From the NCBI RefSeq assembly GCF_009914755.1, contig NC_060925.1: a DNA stretch of 64,000 nt, one strand, 5' to 3'. This document shows positions 57,958 through 64,000 of the stretch, one piece after another. Below the pieces are notes generated by a model. That model did not search any database, was not told the DNA's origin, and saw only the letters and a list, made by a program, of their open reading frames with translations. The stretch's first letter is position 1. Each line of letters starts with the position of its first letter. The position numbers were made by a program, and so were the translations under genes. The DNA comes from the human T2T-CHM13v2.0 reference genome, Homo sapiens.

Positions 57958-58039
57958 ATAAGAAAGAAGAAAAAAGAAGGCATTCAAGATCAAGATCACG
58001 TTCTAGGAGGAGGAGGACTCCCTCATCTTCTAGACACAG
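57958..58039 (+). CDS. SRSF11: SRSF11 coding exon 7 (DKKEEKRRHSRSRSRSRRRRTPSSSRHR): RS domain start
   Basis: Acceptor aatatag; donor CAG|GTTAGA; 82 nt; RS dipeptides. Confidence 0.96.
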
Positions 58040-59288
58040 GTTAGATTGCTTTTTAGTCAATTATACCTTAGACAAAGATAATTTATATATGTCACATCTT
58101 TTTTAATTTGCTGTTAATCTGTTATCCTCTGGTTAAAGTGTTTTAGTAACCTCTGCTGTTAGAATGTGTGAATGACTGTTCACACATGTAAAAAGTAAGA
58201 AAAGCGACAGACGAAATAGATGATTTATGCTTTAAAACCCCCAAAAATTCAGAGGTGGTAGGAAAGCATTGGAACTAGAGCAACAAAATGAAAAATAATT
58301 GATTCATTGAATTATACAAGTTTCCAAATACTGACTTGTATTTGTTATCTAGTGTCAAAAAGTGACATCTGGTAATATCACCTTAGATCAGATCAGTAAA
58401 ATGCAAGTACTAGGAATCTGGCATGCTCACAACAATGGAGTCATTTTCCAAAATTTAATTTTCTCAGATTTTTATCATTGGCAACAGATTCATCTATTTT
58501 CCTTATATAATAGACTTCATTTATTTTTCAAAAAATTGTCTGCCAAATACCCAAGTCTAATTAATCATAGTTTCTAGATTCTCAAAGGTGATAATGAAAA
58601 AGCAGTTAGTTCAGCTCATAACTCAACACAGGTGTCTTCCTTAATACAGCCATTATACTTCATAAGCATCAGAAGTGATTTATGCATACTTTCCATTTCA
58701 TCACACAGAATATTACTCAAGAGACTAGATTTAATTCTGCTACTATATTAATAGTACTGAAGGGGGATTTAATAAAATTAACTTTACTGCTTCATCAAAG
58801 ACATCTTTATAAAAGTGGCATTATTTTTTTCTTTTACTGCAAGTGCATACAGAAATGCCAGTGAAGAAGATAGTGAGTGACTCCTAGGGCAGTTCAATAG
58901 CCCCTACCTTGATTTGTGTTGAAGAGTCAGTATTTTTACCCACTATGGCTTTTGTGACATTGGTGCAAACGTCAACACAGTGGAAAAGGCAATAATTTGT
59001 TATTACTTTGAAAATAATTTTGACCTTATGGACCCCATAAAAGGGTCTTAGAGCATCCACAGTTGTGCAAACGACAATATAAAAGCCATTGCTCTAGGTT
59101 ATTCACCAACTATTTCAGCCATTCTTCGATTTTCTTAATTTCCAAACTCAATCCTAATTGGCCTAGTTGCATCCTAGTTCTTCTAGTCAGAACCCTTTAG
59201 GATTGACATTCAGAACTAGGATATTCCAGTTGTGGTTATTTACTTCAGCCAGTTTCAGCTTCACTTTACATACCCCTCCATCACTGGA

Positions 59289-59590
59289 CTTTTTTTTTTT
59301 TTTTTTTTTTTGAGACGGAGTCTCACTCTTGTTGCCCAGCCTGGAGTGCAATGGCACGATCTTGGCTCACCACAACTTCCGCCTCCTGAGTTCAAGCAAT
59401 TCTGCCTCAGCCTCCCGAATAGCTGGGATTACAGGTGTGTGCCACCATGCCTGGCTGATTTTGTATTTTTAGTAGAGACTGGGTTTTTCCATGTTGGTCA
59501 GGCTCATCTCAAACCCGCGACCTCAGGTGATCCACCCACCTTGGCCTCCCAAAGTGCTGGGATTACAGGTGTGAGCCACCATGCCCGGCC
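59289..59590 (-). mobile_element. Alu (Sp-like)
   Basis: Antisense dimer. Confidence 0.95.
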
Positions 59591-60406
59591 ATTCACCACT
59601 TGACTCTTAAACCTTCACTCCTGGCTTCATCTCTTCTGGAACCTAGTTCTGTCAGTTGTCTGCCTTTTCTTAGTGTCCGTTACCCCTTAGTTTTTACCAA
59701 GGGTTAGATAAAACCATTTCTCCTATTTATTGTCAGGATTTTTGAAAGAGCAGTGTGACTTGAATCCTAGACTTTGTCACGTCTCTATTAAAAGCACTTA
59801 TATCATAAAATATCTAAAAAGTCACATTTCTGTCTCAGAGATGATCTTTTCACTCTGTTTTTATCTTTTAATATCATTTTCTTATTTTAAGTCATTTCTT
59901 GAAGTATTACAGGGGTTATCCTGTATGCTATGTCTGTTTATTCCCTGTCACCCACCTTATCCCACTGTCTTATTCTTAGAGTTGTCTTTCAGAAACCCAA
60001 ATACAGATCATGTCACAGATACTGAGAAGTTCCTTATTGCCTTGATAAGGTGATACATAAAACCTTAGAATGGCTTTCAGGGTTCTTTACTATTCCGTCT
60101 GGTTTATCTTTTTACACGTGTCATTTGCCACTCCAAAAGTTACAGGACTAATTGCCTCAACATACCATTTTCTTTATGTCTTCATGTTTCTGCTCATGAT
60201 CCTTTCTGCCTAATGCTTTTCCACATCTTCCATTTCCGCTTTGAGGAACTCCTTTTTCTTTCTTCAAGATACAATGCTTGCAGTCTTAATCTTCCATGAC
60301 AGTGCTCTCATAGTTTAGTTTAACCTCTGCAATAGGATATACCTCATGATTACTACAATTTATATGTGTTTCCTTTTACCAAACTCTTAGGAAAAAGGAG
60401 AGCCTG

Positions 60407-60722
<316 letters not shown>

Positions 60723-60904
60723 TTATATTAAATCTTACTGGGACTCTCTCATTTTAATATTAATTACTTTACTATGACCAGTGAAAAGTAGAAGTGAAAT
60801 ATGTCCCTGAATCCAGATACTTGTAATACATCGTAACAGAAATCATTGTTGTGGGTTGTGGTAACCCTCACCACACACACACACCCCCCACACCCCACAC
60901 CCCC

Positions 60905-61124
60905 ACCAGGCTCAAGCCATCCTCCCACCTCAGCCTCCTGAGCAGCTGGGACTACAGGCATGCACCACCACACCTGGCTAATTTTTGCACCTTTTTTTTT
61001 TATGTAGAGACAGGGTTTTGCCATGTTGCCCAGGCTGGTCTCGAACTCCTGAGCTCGAGCTGTTTGCCCACCTCGGCCTCCCAAAGTGCTGGGGTGACAG
61101 ATACAAGCCACTGAGTCCAGCCCA
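60905..61124 (-). mobile_element. Partial Alu preceded by a C/CA-rich tract
   Basis: ggctcaagccatcctcccacc...agccactgagtccagccc. Confidence 0.9.
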
Positions 61125-61692
61125 GTTGTAGTATCAAGCATCACATAGTGTGTTAAATGACCATGACTTTCACAAGCTTTTTGACTTTATTAAAAATATG
61201 TTACACTAATCTCTTTTGCTGGTTAAAAGCTCATATGAACTAGTAAGTGTAGAAAAGTGACGGTAGTACATTCCCCTTTGAAAACAACTGTTTAATCTCT
61301 TAAGGTTATGATTCTGATATTTTATATGCCTATATTTCATTCAAAGTATATTATTGGTGCCTTTTATTTAAATCAGGCAGTGTAGTAATTGCTCAAGAAT
61401 ACAGTCATGAAAAGACTTACTTCCCATGTCTTTGTGGAGCCTATGGTAGGGTAGTTAAGTAGATAAAAACATCTTAGGATGTGGAGATGTTATTGCAAGG
61501 AATTGTTTAGTAAATAGTTTCAAATATGGCTGAAAATAAGAGATTAAAATTAAAGTTAATTGAGTTCAATAACTCAAATAGTTTATTGAGGCATTACTAT
61601 GGGTTTTGAGGCAGTTGTTTTAGGGAGTTATGGCAACAGAAGCTATATTAGTACATCAGTAAGAGGAAAGAAGGACATCAATATTTAATGTA

Positions 61693-61853
61693 CAGTCCCC
61701 TCCGTATATGCAGGGGATTGGTTACAAATCCATCTATACCAGAATCCATGCATACTCAAGTCCTCTGGAATCCACATATAGGAAAACTCAGTCCTGACTA
61801 TACATGGGTTCCTCATCCTTCAAATACTGTTTTTAATCCACATTTGGTTGGTG

Positions 61854-61890
<37 letters not shown>

Positions 61891-61946
61891 ACAGTGTGTA
61901 GGTGGAACCATGCCGTTAAAGCTCATGTTATTCAAGGGTCACTTGT
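61693..61946. mobile_element. MER8-like Tigger MITE with an internal A34 run (61856-61889)
   Basis: ta|cagtcccctccgtatatgcaggggattgg...gttattcaagggtcacttg. Confidence 0.82.
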
Positions 61947-62284
61947 GTGTGCCTACACTAAGGCACCGAGCTAGACTCTATATACTGCATTTAATCTTTG
62001 TCATTATTTGGTGATAGAGGTGTTACTATCCTTGACTGCTGAAGTAACAAGGTCAGAGAGGTTAGATAATACTCTTAAGTTACCTGGCTTATAAATGAGA
62101 GTTTAACACAAGTCTTTAAGATGTCCATACTCTTTCTTGTACCTTGAAAAGAAAAGTAGGCAGAAAATTTAGACTATATTTGAAATGTTGCACAGAGAGA
62201 AGTTGAATGGTCACTAAAAGTTAAGTGATCAAGACTAAGCAAAGGATTGCAACTTATTTTTAATTTTTAAAATAGAAGAGAATG

Positions 62285-62405
62285 GGCCGGTTGTGGTGGT
62301 TAATGCCTATAATCCCAACTCTGGGAGGCCAAGGTGGGCTGGTGGCTTGAGCCCAGGAGTTCAAGACCATCCTGGGCAACATGGCAAAACCCCATCGCTT
62401 AAAAG
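62285..62405 (+). mobile_element. FLAM / Alu left monomer
   Basis: ggccggttgtggtggttaatgcctataatccc...; TSD-like atagaagagaatg / atagaggagaatg. Confidence 0.88.
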
Positions 62406-63199
62406 ATAGAGGAGAATGAGTTTTAATGCAGTAGGGAGGATGACAACATCTAAAGGTTAATTGTGCTTCTTAGTCCTGGAAGAGCCAGGTCAGGACACAA
62501 TGGATGGGGGCTCGGTGCAGGGAGTAGAGAAACAGATATGTCAGGGAAAAATGAGAGTAAAAGAGGCAGTTTATACAAATTGTATATATCTGTAAAAGGT
62601 CTGCATTGCCTGGAGTTTCCTAAATTGTGGATTAAAGGAGTGGAATTTGTTTCAGAGAAAAATTCGAAATAGGAGATGGCAACACAATAAGTAGTTTCTC
62701 TTTATAAAATAGAAATAATAGTGGCATTTACTTTATGGACTTACGAGACCAATTTGTAGTTTATATATAGCGTGATATAAGTATTTGATTTATGATGAGG
62801 AAGGTTTAAGCTGCACTAATGAGGAATCAAATAAGAAATACATGCTAAAATGCTATATAATTGTATAAGATGATGCAAATAAGTCATACTTTTATTCTCC
62901 TTCATGATCTAGTAGTATTTTTAACCTTGGAGTTGTAAGTACAGTGGGCATAGAAGGACCTATCTGACAGGTTGAGCAAATCATTAAAAGGTGAGGAATT
63001 CCAAGTGTTAAAAGGTATTACTAATTTCTAAGGTGTTGAAGGTGTTTGTTCTATGGGCTAAATAATAGCAAATGGAAGGGAATTATCCCCCATTTAATTG
63101 TTTAGTCCATATGTCCGAATCTTTTGTCTGATACTAAGCACAAAATTTATAGTCTTTTTACATTTATACACATGTATTGGCTTCCTTTTACACTATTAG

Positions 63200-63331
63200 G
63201 CGGTCAAGAAGCAGATCGAGACGGCGGTCACATTCTAAGTCTAGGAGTCGGCGACGATCCAAAAGCCCAAGGCGGAGAAGATCTCATTCCAGAGAAAGAG
63301 GTAGAAGGTCAAGGAGCACATCAAAAACAAG
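63200..63331 (+). CDS. SRSF11: SRSF11 coding exon 8 (RSRSRSRRRSHSKSRSRRRSKSPRRRRSHSRERGRRSRSTSKT): RS domain
   Basis: Acceptor ctattag; donor AAG|GTATAG; 132 nt, cumulative 932 nt; gene continues beyond the window. Confidence 0.97.
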
Positions 63332-64000
63332 GTATAGCATTGGGTGAGAAAGCAAATTTTAGGGTTCCCAGTACCCCTAGTACTGTGCTACTTAGTAACA
63401 AAAGAGGTGGTTGGGGTGCGGGGCAGAGAAATAGGGCTAGACAGGGGAAGAAACTGTCAATATTTGAGTTTGAGGAGGCTGACGTTTGCTTTCTGGTGCT
63501 TCCTTGTAAACTGAAACTTCAGCTTACAGCTGAGGGCCTAAGTAAAATTTCTTAGTAGTAGGAATTGTTAGCTGTCCTGCTACCTTCTTTCATAAGAAAT
63601 ACCGTAACGTTTTATTTCCATCTAAAAATATATTCAAAAACCAGTCTTTTCGTGTAGAACCAAACACTTTTAAATTAGTATGCCCCCAGTCATTTATAGT
63701 TGTGAGGCATACAATTTCACAGCACTTAATTTTTTTAGCAACTGCTTTTTATCTCTTGCTAAAATATTTATCTTAATTTTCTAGAAGCAACTCTATATTT
63801 GGCATTATTTTGTTCATTTATATATTTAGTTAAATCATGTCATTAAAGTAAGTACAGCTGGGGACACAACATAACTTACTCTTGGGAAGCATAAAACTCA
63901 ACTGATGAGAACAGAAGAGTGGGGGTAGCTTTACTATCATTGTTAAACCTGTAATAATGGGGCTTTTAGTCCTTATGTGCTGCAGAGTGAATCAAACAAG

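Noticed and set aside
63124-63555. 143-aa ORF over the RS exon
   Set aside because: Alternative frame of low-complexity RS codons running into intron; non-ATG start; splice phases select the RS frame.

Overview
Primate, almost certainly human, genomic DNA that is Alu/L1-rich and AT-rich with two CpG islands. It holds a head-to-head gene pair. On the minus strand are the first four coding exons of LRRC40 (ATG at 24056; 151+182+74+130 nt, phases consistent; the gene continues off the left edge). On the plus strand is SRSF11 (SRp54): a distal first exon at the shared bidirectional promoter (~24.2 kb), a second CpG-island promoter at ~39.8-40.4 kb, and eight coding exons (203+134+110+93+50+128+82+132 nt = 932 nt; Gly tract, RRM, linker, start of the RS domain). 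The gene continues off the right edge. The rest is ~40 Alus, several L1s, a THE1 solo LTR, Tigger/MER DNA transposons, MIRs and microsatellites; repeat boundaries are approximate and subfamily names come from recalled consensus sequences. The most interesting structure is regulatory. (1) An ATG in the distal SRSF11 exon opens a spliced 75-aa ORF that overlaps the main start codon out of frame, and a candidate MIR-derived cassette exon would terminate it early. (2) An Alu-free 3.7-kb intron holds five UG-rich alternative acceptors, all giving premature stops, one of them a TAATG stop/start overlap in frame with the RS half of the protein. Poison exons in SR genes are established; the novelty of the other elements is unproven. 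No prokaryotic features, tRNA, rRNA or CRISPR arrays were seen.
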